Below are positions 8,873-17,790 of a stretch of DNA of 64,000 nt, in pieces. Under the pieces are notes generated by a model that was not told where the DNA came from, searched no databases, and saw nothing but the letters and a program-made list of their open reading frames with translations. Location of the stretch: positions 91,607-155,606 of the forward strand of contig CAZYDH010000002.1 of NCBI GenBank assembly GCA_964645915.1, given 5' to 3'. The DNA is from an uncultured bacterium (GTDB lineage: Bacteria > Fidelibacterota > Marinisomatia > Marinisomatales > JACNKV01). The number at the start of each line of letters is the position of its first letter. The stretch's first letter is position 1. A program made the position numbers and the translations under genes.

Positions 8873-10855
8873 ATGAAGAAGATTCTAAGTATTCGATTTG
8901 TAGTCAGTTCGATTTTACTGGTTAACTTAGTATTTGCTCAAGGATTTATCCATGTAGAGGATGGTGAAATTGTAGACGGAACAAATACTCCCATTCTGTT
9001 AAAAGGACTTGGACTTGGAGGATGGTTAGTCCCGGAAGGTTATATGTTGAATATCCCCGGTTATGGATCACCAACTGAGATTGAAAATAAAATTGAAGCG
9101 CTGATCGGGCCAACTCTTGCTGAAGAATTTTGGGATGTATATCACACAAATTACGTAGCACAAGCTGATATAAACCAAATTGCGGAATGGGGGTTTAATT
9201 CCATTCGGATACCATTTCATTATAAGCAATTTTCCGAGTCTCCCGGAGAGTTAAATCCATTTGGATATGAAGTAGTAGACTCGCTTCTTTCTTGGTGTAG
9301 ACCCCATAATATATACATCATATTGGATATGCATTGCGCACCGGGAGGACAAAATGCCGGTGAGATTAGCGATAGTGATGGCACAGCTAGATTGTGGTTA
9401 GAAGATGACTACAAAGAACACACGGTCGAAATTTGGGGAGACATTGCAACATACTATGCTGATGAAACCTTAATTGGTGGATATGATCTGATAAATGAAC
9501 CGGTTTTACCGGATGGGATAAGTGCTGTAGACCTGCGAAACTTATATATTGATATTACAAATGCGATAAGAGAAGTAGACCAAAATCATATCCTATTTAT
9601 CGAAGGAAACTGGTGGGCAACCGATTTCACTTCTTTGACTCCTCCATGGGATGATAATATGTCTTATTCATTTCACAAGTATTGGAACGATGTTACAATT
9701 GGTACTATTCAATATTTGCTGAGTATGAGTAATACACACAATGTCCCCTTATGGATGGGTGAATCAGGGGAGAACTCAAATCACTGGTTTTATGAAGTCG
9801 TTCAGTTATTGGAAGAGAATAATATTGGGTGGTGTTGGTGGACTCATAAAAAATTGGATAAGATTACAAGCCCGTTATCAGCGATTATTAATCCTCAATA
9901 TCAAGATATATTAGATTATTGGAATGAGACCGCACCTCAACCATCCAGTATGTATGCTCAAGCCGCATTATTTGGAATGGCTAACAATTTAAGGATAGAA
10001 AATTGTGAACTACGTCCCGGAGTGATTCCTTCATTGATGGATCCTGGTTTTGGTCAGTATCCTGTGCCGGTTAAACAACATTATATCCCTGGAGTTATTG
10101 CAGCGGTGGATTATGATATTGGTGCAAGAAACGTTGCCTATAATGATGCGGATTTTATGAACACAGGTGGTGGTGGGTATAACTGTGGATGGACATTTAG
10201 AAATGATGGTGTAGATATCGAAAGAAATGGTGATGAAAATGGATTACCTTATAATGTAGGATGGACAGATGTTGGAGAGTGGATAGGCTATACAATTCAA
10301 AATGTAGAACCAGGTGTTTATCAGTTAGATTGCCGTGTTGCTAGTGCGGTTGGCGGTGGTATTTTCTTTATCACGCTTAACGGTGTGAATGTTTCAGGAG
10401 TCGCTTCTGTTCCTAATACCGGAGGATGGTCAGAATGGGAAACAATCTCATTCCCAAACATCCCTATTTCTGATGAGGAACAACATTTGCGACTTGTGAC
10501 AGTTCAAGCTGGTTATAATATTGAACAACTCAATTTTATCCAAACAAGCACCTCAACTGATAATTTATTAATTCCAGAAAAGTTTAATTTAAAAGACGCA
10601 TACCCAAACCCGTTTAATCCGACTACACAGATCAGCTATGATCTTCCCAGAGAAGAATTTGTAGATCTCTCTATCTATGATTTAACAGGACGGAAAGTGA
10701 AGAGTCTTGTAAATGAAAACCAATCTGAAGGTCAAAAGACTATCCAATGGGATGCAACCAACGACAATGGACTTTCAGTGTCCGCGGGGGTATATCTATA
10801 CACAATTAAAGCCGGTGAATATACTCAAACTAAGAAAATAGTTTTACTTAAATAG
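8873..10855 (+). CDS. Glycoside hydrolase family 5 beta-glucanase with a CBM6/35-like module and a T9SS C-terminal sorting domain
   Basis: GH5 signatures are present: NSIRIPF, the acid/base motif DLINEP and the nucleophile region LWMGESGEN. The central segment AAVDYDIG...GWTDVGEWIGYTIQNVEPGVYQLDCRVAS looks like CBM6/35. The last 84 aa are a T9SS CTD. Confidence 0.8.
   Translation: MKKILSIRFVVSSILLVNLVFAQGFIHVEDGEIVDGTNTPILLKGLGLGGWLVPEGYMLNIPGYGSPTEIENKIEALIGPTLAEEFWDVYHTNYVAQADINQIAEWGFNSIRIPFHYKQFSESPGELNPFGYEVVDSLLSWCRPHNIYIILDMHCAPGGQNAGEISDSDGTARLWLEDDYKEHTVEIWGDIATYYADETLIGGYDLINEPVLPDGISAVDLRNLYIDITNAIREVDQNHILFIEGNWWATDFTSLTPPWDDNMSYSFHKYWNDVTIGTIQYLLSMSNTHNVPLWMGESGENSNHWFYEVVQLLEENNIGWCWWTHKKLDKITSPLSAIINPQYQDILDYWNETAPQPSSMYAQAALFGMANNLRIENCELRPGVIPSLMDPGFGQYPVPVKQHYIPGVIAAVDYDIGARNVAYNDADFMNTGGGGYNCGWTFRNDGVDIERNGDENGLPYNVGWTDVGEWIGYTIQNVEPGVYQLDCRVASAVGGGIFFITLNGVNVSGVASVPNTGGWSEWETISFPNIPISDEEQHLRLVTVQAGYNIEQLNFIQTSTSTDNLLIPEKFNLKDAYPNPFNPTTQISYDLPREEFVDLSIYDLTGRKVKSLVNENQSEGQKTIQWDATNDNGLSVSAGVYLYTIKAGEYTQTKKIVLLK
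10601..10852 (+). repeat. T9SS CTD-coding module, copy 2 (paralogous to 8582-8833)
   Basis: See copy 1: YPNPFNPTTQISYDLP...GVYLYTIKAG...VLLK. Confidence 0.8.
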
Positions 10856-11029
10856 AGAAAGAACTTTAAATCAAACATGTGTTGATATCTGATCAGTTAG
10901 ATATAATTGTGAATTCTTTTTTATTTCCTTTAAGTATCTGATAGTTTATAACTTCCTCGCATATCATAATTAGGAATGATGAATGAATATATCAAAAAAC
11001 GAATATAAGAGAGCTAATTTCCAAGTAAT

Positions 11030-11776
11030 ATGACAATTTGGATTTATACATTTGTAAGCATTTTTATTATCAGTTTATTGTCTTTTACGGGTGCTCTGAC
11101 TTTATCTCTCAATAAAAAGACGTTATCAAAAATTATACATTATATGGTAAGCTTCGCAGTAGGAAGTTTATTCGGAGGGGCCTTTATTCATCTTTTACCT
11201 GAGATTTTTACACATGGTGAATCAATCGTATTTTCATCTCTTCATATTCTTATTGGTATTTTAATCTTTTTTATTTTGGAAAAATTTGTTCGCTGGCGTC
11301 ATTGTCACGATATAGAATGTGAAAGTCACCACCAACATTTAGTCCCTATGAATTTAGTTGGAGATGCAATGCATAACCTGATTGATGGTCTGATCATTGG
11401 AGTATCTTTTCAAGTGAGTATTCCGATGGGAGTAGCCACATCAGTTGCGGTTTTGATGCATGAACTTCCGCAAGAAATAGGAGATTTTGGTGTATTGGTT
11501 CATGGAGGACTATCTGTAAAACGAGCACTGCTTTTTAATTTTTTAATATCTCTTACTTCGTTTGCTGGAGCCGGAATTAGTTTGATTATAGGTGAATATT
11601 CTCATCAATTTATTGATGCGTTGCTACCAATAACTGCCGGTGGTTTTATTTATATTGCAGGATCAGATCTCATTCCGGAACTGCATCACCAGACAAATCT
11701 TAAGAAATCTTTCAAACAACTTGGATTTATTCTTTTGGGCATTACGATTATGTACGGTCTCAAATTAATGCATTAG
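11030..11776 (+). CDS. ZIP-family divalent metal (zinc) transporter
   Basis: The protein is polytopic. It carries a His-rich loop (HCHDIECESHHQH) and the ZIP signature HELPQEIGDF. Confidence 0.85.
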   Translation: MTIWIYTFVSIFIISLLSFTGALTLSLNKKTLSKIIHYMVSFAVGSLFGGAFIHLLPEIFTHGESIVFSSLHILIGILIFFILEKFVRWRHCHDIECESHHQHLVPMNLVGDAMHNLIDGLIIGVSFQVSIPMGVATSVAVLMHELPQEIGDFGVLVHGGLSVKRALLFNFLISLTSFAGAGISLIIGEYSHQFIDALLPITAGGFIYIAGSDLIPELHHQTNLKKSFKQLGFILLGITIMYGLKLMH

Positions 11777-11868
11777 ATTTATCCTTCTGTTTATTTGGAA
11801 TATATTTATTGAATAATGTCTATTGAATCAAACTTTCGTTACGTCAACTTTCCGTCGTAAATTTTTCT

Positions 11869-12973
11869 ATGCAAATTTCTGAAATACAAGAGCAATTTAA
11901 AGCAACGGAATCCAAACACCATGAGTTGCGGAGGTATCTTTGACTTAGATTCAAAGAAAAGTGAGTTAGCAACATTAAGGAAAAAAGCCTTATCCACCGA
12001 CTTTTGGAATGACAATTCCAAAGCCACTTCCATTTTAAAAAAGACATCGGTTATAGAAAAAGAGATTCAATTATGGGAAAACATAGAGATTAGACACGGT
12101 GATGTCGAAATCTTGTTGGAATTTGCTGAAGCCGGAGAATCGACTCCAAAAGAAGTGTTAACGGAGTTCAATGAATACAAGAAAATTGTGGAAGATTTAG
12201 AACTCCAGTTGATGCTTGGAGAGGAAAATGATATTGAAAATGCGATTTTGACCATTCATCCCGGAGCGGGAGGAACTGAGAGTCAAGATTGGGCAAATAT
12301 GTTATTTCGGTTGTATTCCAGATGGATTGAACAAAAAGATTTTAAAATGACTCTGCTTGATTATCAACCCGGAGATGAAGCAGGGATCAAAGATGTTACA
12401 ATAGAGATAAAAGGTGATTTCGCTTATGGATTACTTAAAGCTGAAGCTGGGGTTCATCGATTGGTGAGAATATCACCTTTTGATGCAAATAGCAGAAGGC
12501 ATACATCTTTTGCTTCAGTGTTTGTATATCCATCTACAGATGATGAAATAGACATTGAGATCGACTCGAGCGATTTACGTATTGATACATACAGAGCAAG
12601 TGGTGCCGGAGGACAGCATGTCAATAAAACCGATTCTGCCATTCGGATTACACATATCCCCACAGGAGTTGTCGTCCAGTGTCAGAATGAAAGATCCCAG
12701 CACAAAAATAAAGCTCAAGCCATGAAAGTACTAAAGGCTCGATTATATCAAATTGAATTAGAAAAAGAAAAAGAAGCAACTAAGGAATTAGAAGACCAAA
12801 AAATGGATATCGGTTGGGGAAGTCAAATCCGATCTTATGTCTTTCATCCATATAACTTAGTCAAGGATCATCGTACAAAAGAAGAGACTGGAAATGTTCA
12901 AGCGGTCATGGATGGACAGATCGATTCGTTTATTCGTGCATTTTTGATCCAGCAAATAGGAACAAAAGTATAA
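11869..12973 (+). CDS. prfB: Peptide chain release factor 2, expressed through a programmed +1 frameshift at 11938-11944
   Basis: ORF0 is ATG 11869 ...RRYL, ending at TGA 11941-11943. The +1 frame continues from GAC at 11942 (DLDSKKSEL...). The body contains the RF2 SPF tripeptide (RISPFD) and the GGQ motif (GAGGQHVN). The joined product would be about 367 aa. Confidence 0.92.
11930..11944 (+). promoter_or_regulatory. RF2 autoregulatory +1 frameshift site (internal SD GGAGG, TAT spacer, CTT TGA C)
   Basis: The sequence ggaggtatctttgac matches the canonical prfB recoding cassette (SD-like element, 3-nt spacer, CUU UGA C). Confidence 0.9.
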
Positions 12974-13011
12974 CAAGTATTAAATAGGAAATCAGGAACA
13001 AGAACTACATT

Positions 13012-14505
13012 ATGTCAGAAGACCAACGCTCATTAAATCAAATAATTAATTTCCGATTAGAGAAACTACAAAAACTTCGTGAAAATGGAATAAATCCTTA
13101 TCCACATTCATTTCGAGTTACAAATTATAGTGATGAGATTCATAACGACTATGAAAAATATGAGAAAAAAACGGTAACGATCGCCGGAAGAATTATGTCC
13201 ATGCGAAAGATGGGGAAAGCAGCTTTTTGTCATATTCAAGATAGTCATGGAAAAATACAATCCTATGTCCGCAGAGACGATGTCGGAACAGATGATTACG
13301 ATAATTTCAAGCTATTAGATATAGGAGATTTTATCGGTGTAAAAGGATATGTTTTTAAGACGCGAACTGAAGAAATATCCGTTCATGCAGATACGGTGAC
13401 GATTCTTTCAAAAAGTATTCGTCCTCTTCCGATCGTTAAAGAGAAAGACGACCATGTCTTCGATGCGTTTTCTGATAAAGAACAACGATACAGAAATCGG
13501 CACCTTGATTTAGCGGTTAACCCGGAAATACGTCAGACATTTCGAGATCGTGGAAAGATCATTTCTGCGTTACGTGAATTTTTAGATATCAAAGGATTTT
13601 TAGAAGTAGAAACGCCGGTATTGCAACCATTATACGGTGGTGCCAACGCCAGACCGTTTACAACGCATCACAATACATTAGATCAAAAATTATATCTCAG
13701 AATTGCGGATGAATTGTATTTAAAAAGACTCATCATTGGTGGGTTTGATAAAGTATACGAATTAGCCAAAGATTTCCGTAATGAAGGGATGGATAGAAAT
13801 CATAATCCTGAGTTTACCATGCTTGAGTTTTATCAAGCCTATGCAGATTATTTTGTTATGATGGATTTTGTTGAAGAGATGTTTCGTCATGCTGCATCTT
13901 CCATTGGATCACTTCAAAAAAGTTGGGGTGATATGGAAATTGATCTCTCAAAACCTTTTCAGCGGAAACCGTTTTTTGATTTGCTGAAAGAAGCTTTGGG
14001 GCAAGATGTTTCTAAGGCAGATATTCCGGAATTAAGATCGATTTGTAAAACAAAGAATATTGAAATTTCAGACGATGCTAACTATGGACAAATTTTGGAT
14101 GAAATAATGAGAAGGTTAGTTGAACCTAATTTGATTCAACCTACATTTATCATTGATTATCCCAAAGCGATTTCCCCATTGGCGAAAAAACATCGAGGTG
14201 GAGATGAAAATATCGTTGAACGATTTGAATTGTTTATTGGTGCTGCAGAGTTTGCAAATTCGTTTACAGAGTTAAACGATCCCATAGATCAACGTCAACG
14301 GTTGGAAGCACAAGCGGTACTCCGTCAAAAGGGTGATGAAGAAGCACAGCCGATCGATGAGAATTTCCTTCAAGCAGTTGAATATGGAATGCCACCAACG
14401 GGTGGTGTGGGAATTGGTGTGGACCGACTAGTAATGTTACTGACTGAAAATAGATGGATCAAAGATGTGTTATTATTCCCGGCAATGAAGACTGTTGAGG
14501 AATAA
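13012..14505 (+). CDS. lysS: Lysine--tRNA ligase, class II
   Basis: An N-terminal OB-fold region is followed by class II motifs (FLEVETPVLQ, ...FRNEGMDRNHNPEFTMLEFY, GGVGIGVDRLVMLL). Confidence 0.95.
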   Translation: MSEDQRSLNQIINFRLEKLQKLRENGINPYPHSFRVTNYSDEIHNDYEKYEKKTVTIAGRIMSMRKMGKAAFCHIQDSHGKIQSYVRRDDVGTDDYDNFKLLDIGDFIGVKGYVFKTRTEEISVHADTVTILSKSIRPLPIVKEKDDHVFDAFSDKEQRYRNRHLDLAVNPEIRQTFRDRGKIISALREFLDIKGFLEVETPVLQPLYGGANARPFTTHHNTLDQKLYLRIADELYLKRLIIGGFDKVYELAKDFRNEGMDRNHNPEFTMLEFYQAYADYFVMMDFVEEMFRHAASSIGSLQKSWGDMEIDLSKPFQRKPFFDLLKEALGQDVSKADIPELRSICKTKNIEISDDANYGQILDEIMRRLVEPNLIQPTFIIDYPKAISPLAKKHRGGDENIVERFELFIGAAEFANSFTELNDPIDQRQRLEAQAVLRQKGDEEAQPIDENFLQAVEYGMPPTGGVGIGVDRLVMLLTENRWIKDVLLFPAMKTVEE

Positions 14506-14535
14506 TTCGATTGAATAAATAATATCATACCGATA

Positions 14536-15735
14536 ATGGGTATACTTCGAGTTATTTCATATAGACATCTTCGTTCTCCTCAAAAAGGAAGTTTCTCGAC
14601 ATTTGTTGGAATATTGGCTTTAATTGGGTTGGGAATAGGATTAGCATCCTTAATTATTACCCTCAGTATTCTTGAAGGTTTTGAAACAACAATTTCCGAA
14701 AAAATAGCCGGATTTGATGGACATGCTCGTCTACAGAATTTTATGGATCGACCGATTCCGTACAATTCAGAAATCGATACGGTACTATCGGATATCTCGA
14801 CCAGCTCATCAATTTCATATATACAGAAACCCGCTATACTGAGAAAAGGAAAAAACGCAGAAGGTGTCATTGTGGAAGGAATAGAAACCAACGGTCAGAG
14901 ATTTGCACTATTTGACATAATCGTTGAAGGTGAGAAATCCTTGGAGAACGGGACTATTATTATTGGAAAACGCCTTGCGGATGAATATAATATAAGGGTG
15001 GGGGATAATATAGCTCTCTTTGATCTTGCGTCCGTTTCAGTCATTTCGAATAGTATGCGAATCAAACCACTGCGGATTATCGGTTTATTTCATTCAGGAC
15101 TGTTGGAATATGATAAGTCTGTGGTTTATATGCCACTGGCAGATGCTCAAAACTTATTTGGAATGGAGGGATTGATCACAGGTAAAATGCTTTGGTTTGA
15201 TGATGTGAATCAATCAGTACAATCAGTACAAACAATAGAGTCCAAACTTAATTATCCCTGGTATGTCTTATCCTCGAAAGACAAACACAGAGTTCTGTTT
15301 GAATGGATTCGAGTTCAGCGTTGGCCAATCCTGATTATTTTTGGAATGATCGCTTTTGTGGGAGTTGTGAATATCATTTCTGCAATGGCGATGATCATCA
15401 CGGAAAAAACACGTGAGATCGGAACGTTGATTTCATTGGGATTTACAAAAAATATGATTCGGAAAATATTCATTCTCGAAGGAGCAATTATTGGTTTAGG
15501 TGGTGCATTCTTTGGAGTGACAACCTCCCTGATTCTTATCTATTTGCAGATTAAATATCAGTTAATCGGGATCCCTGAGGATGTGTATTTCATGGATCAA
15601 ATACCAATGGCAATAAATTGGGGAGTCATTACACTGATTGGATTCATAGGTTTTATAGTAGCAATACTCGCATCACTTTGGCCATCGGTTAGTGCCAGAA
15701 ATATTTCACCGGCTAAAGCCTTACAATATGAATAG
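14536..15735 (+). CDS. Lipoprotein-releasing ABC transporter permease (LolC/LolE family, FtsX-like)
   Basis: The MacB/FtsX topology is present: an N-terminal TM, a large periplasmic domain and three C-terminal TMs. The start is typical of LolC/E (YRHLRSPQKGSFSTFVGILALIGLGIGLASLIITLSILEGFE). Confidence 0.8.
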   Translation: MGILRVISYRHLRSPQKGSFSTFVGILALIGLGIGLASLIITLSILEGFETTISEKIAGFDGHARLQNFMDRPIPYNSEIDTVLSDISTSSSISYIQKPAILRKGKNAEGVIVEGIETNGQRFALFDIIVEGEKSLENGTIIIGKRLADEYNIRVGDNIALFDLASVSVISNSMRIKPLRIIGLFHSGLLEYDKSVVYMPLADAQNLFGMEGLITGKMLWFDDVNQSVQSVQTIESKLNYPWYVLSSKDKHRVLFEWIRVQRWPILIIFGMIAFVGVVNIISAMAMIITEKTREIGTLISLGFTKNMIRKIFILEGAIIGLGGAFFGVTTSLILIYLQIKYQLIGIPEDVYFMDQIPMAINWGVITLIGFIGFIVAILASLWPSVSARNISPAKALQYE

Positions 15736-15750
15736 CTCATCGTTAAGATA

Positions 15751-16944
15751 ATGAAATTCACAACATACATCGCAAAACGATTTTTATTGGGAGGTAAAGG
15801 TTTTAGCACCAGCAAATTTACCGGTTGGGTTGCTATTATTGGAATGTCCGTAGGAAGTTTTTCTCTAATATTGTCTATTGCCGTTTTGAATGGATTTGAA
15901 CAACGGGTTAATGACAAAATAAGAGGTTTAGAAGGAGATCTTCGATTAAAAGGCGAATCGGACGTGCTAAATAACTGTGAATCATATTTATCATCAAAAT
16001 ATTCTTCGGCGAAAATCATGCCTTATATTGAGAAAAAGGGCATGATTCAATCATCAAGAAATGAATCAAGACTGGTTACTTTAAAAGCCGTTAAGATGGA
16101 GGAGATATCAACTTTTTATCAGTTGAACCTGAAACAAGAATTAATACAAACAGACTATCCTCAAATAGTGTTAGGACGACTTGTTGCTGATAGATTAGGG
16201 TTAGAAATCGGTGATGATGTAATGCTTGTCAATCCGGTTGATCAACTTTCTAGATTTGGTTTACCTAGACGGATAAAAGGAGTCGTAGCAGGGATATTTA
16301 ATGTAAACGTTTTGGATTATGATGATAAATTGGTGTTTATCCCAATAGAAACCGGAAATACGCTGTTTAATAAAAATAAAAACATTGATGGTTTAGACCT
16401 GAGACTAACTGATGAATATATTTTTACAAATATAAATAATGATTTACAGAATAAATATCAATCTTTAAAAATAACAAGTTGGGATAAAATCCATGAGAGT
16501 TTATTTCAAGCAATGAGAATGGAAAGATTGGGAGCGATCGCTGTATTAAGTTTGATTATCCTTGTGGCTTCATTTAACCTGACATCTACGTTAGTGCTGA
16601 TCACCGTGCAAAAAATAAAACAGATTGGAATTTTGAGAACGGTTGGTGCTACCACACCATCGATCCGATCCATCATTATGAAACAGGGGTTGATGATTGG
16701 TGGAATAGGGATGTTTATTGGTATATCTTTAAGTATACTAATCATATTGACACAGTATTACTTTGATATTCTTCCTCTGCCGGAAGATATTTATTTTATG
16801 GATTCGCTTCCAATGATAATCACATTACAAGACATAATAATTGTACCAGTCATTACACTTCTTGTCATAAGTTTATCATCATGGTTGGCTGCGAATCGTG
16901 CTGTATTGATCCAACCAAAAGAAGCAGTGCATATAGATAAATGA
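15751..16944 (+). CDS. Lipoprotein-releasing ABC transporter permease (LolC/LolE family), second copy
   Basis: FIAKRFLLGGKGFSTSKFTGWVAIIGMSVGSFSLILSIAVLNGFE. The architecture matches the upstream paralogue. Confidence 0.8.
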   Translation: MKFTTYIAKRFLLGGKGFSTSKFTGWVAIIGMSVGSFSLILSIAVLNGFEQRVNDKIRGLEGDLRLKGESDVLNNCESYLSSKYSSAKIMPYIEKKGMIQSSRNESRLVTLKAVKMEEISTFYQLNLKQELIQTDYPQIVLGRLVADRLGLEIGDDVMLVNPVDQLSRFGLPRRIKGVVAGIFNVNVLDYDDKLVFIPIETGNTLFNKNKNIDGLDLRLTDEYIFTNINNDLQNKYQSLKITSWDKIHESLFQAMRMERLGAIAVLSLIILVASFNLTSTLVLITVQKIKQIGILRTVGATTPSIRSIIMKQGLMIGGIGMFIGISLSILIILTQYYFDILPLPEDIYFMDSLPMIITLQDIIIVPVITLLVISLSSWLAANRAVLIQPKEAVHIDK

Positions 16945-17615
16945 TTTTATCCGCAAAACAGATTACAAAATCCTTCCGTAATGGATCGAGAGAATTATCA
17001 GTTCTTAAAAAAATTGACATTGATGTTGATAAAGGGGAAATTGTAGCGATAATGGGTCCTTCCGGCTCAGGGAAATCCACTTTATTGAATATTTTAGGTA
17101 CATTAGATTTACCGGACTCTGGTTCAATTCAAATTGGTGGAGTAGATACAACAAAATTAGATGATAGCCAATTATCAGAGCTACGAAATAAGCATATCGG
17201 ATTTGTATTTCAGTTTCACCATTTATTACCGGAGTTTACTGCAGTCGAAAATGTATTGATTCCCTCGCAGATATCAAGAACATCCACTGAATCAAAGTCA
17301 AAGGTGGATGAACTGTTTCAATATATGGGTTTAACTGATCGAATGGATCATTATCCCTCTCAATTATCAGGGGGAGAGCGTTTAAGAGTAGCGGTGTTGC
17401 GTGCATTAATTAATTCACCAAGTTTGATATTAGCTGATGAACCAACTGGAAACCTTGACCAAAACAATGCAAAGAAACTGTTAGATCTTTTTCAGAAGAT
17501 CAGTCACGATTTTCAACAAGCTTTAATTATTACTACACATGATCCTAACGTAGCATCCTTAGGAAATCGAAAGTTTGTCTTGGATGATGGTGAATTGAAT
17601 CGTTCAACGGTTTAG
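16941..17615 (+). CDS. lolD: Lipoprotein-releasing system ATP-binding protein (LolD/MacB-type ABC ATPase)
   Basis: Walker A is GPSGSGKST, the ABC signature is LSGGERLR and Walker B is ILADEPTGNLD. Its start overlaps the stop of the upstream permease gene. Confidence 0.8.
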   Translation: MILSAKQITKSFRNGSRELSVLKKIDIDVDKGEIVAIMGPSGSGKSTLLNILGTLDLPDSGSIQIGGVDTTKLDDSQLSELRNKHIGFVFQFHHLLPEFTAVENVLIPSQISRTSTESKSKVDELFQYMGLTDRMDHYPSQLSGGERLRVAVLRALINSPSLILADEPTGNLDQNNAKKLLDLFQKISHDFQQALIITTHDPNVASLGNRKFVLDDGELNRSTV

Positions 17616-17704
17616 ATCCATTCCATAGTTTATAGTAGACTATAATCCGAATTTCATTACAAAAGACCCACACTGCCATTGTGGCGCTTAATAATACAAT
17701 AGAC

Positions 17705-17742
17705 TGCCATATAGGCTTGCATATTCATATGGCATGTTTTTT
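17705..17742 (+). terminator. Candidate rho-independent terminator of the lol operon (or a leader hairpin of dnaK)
   Basis: A perfect 8-bp stem pairs tgccatat (17705-17712) with atatggca (17727-17734) around a 14-nt loop. It is followed by tgttttttg. Confidence 0.5.
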
Positions 17743-17790
17743 GTTTATTAAATATTGAAAAATATTATTTTACCAAAAAGGAGAGAGAAA

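Noticed and set aside
10856-11029. A Zur box or terminator in the spacer upstream of the ZIP transporter gene (ATATCT-N8-AGATAT at about 10896-10915; ATCAT-N8-ATGAT at about 10963-10980).
   Set aside because: The inverted repeats are short (5-6 bp) and AT-rich, and they do not resemble known Zur consensus sequences closely enough to call.
15597-16019. A 140-aa minus-strand ORF spanning the junction of the two lol permease genes.
   Set aside because: It is antisense to two strongly supported LolC/E-family genes. It has no recognisable domain and no start context.
17755-17790. N-terminal extensions proposed by the ORF track for dnaK, and likewise for tamB-like 19730, accB 29844, sodB 42172, nosD 49615, cytochrome c 52230 and the small ORF 34292.
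   Set aside because: In each case an internal ATG gives the canonical N-terminus or a signal peptide. It is often preceded by GGAGG/AGGAG and removes overlaps with upstream genes or terminators.
17616-17790. I looked for a CIRCE (HrcA) operator or a clear sigma-32 promoter upstream of dnaK.
   Set aside because: No TTAGCACTC-N9-GAGTGCTAA-like inverted repeat is present. The sigma-32-like resemblance (CTTGCAT...) is too weak to call.
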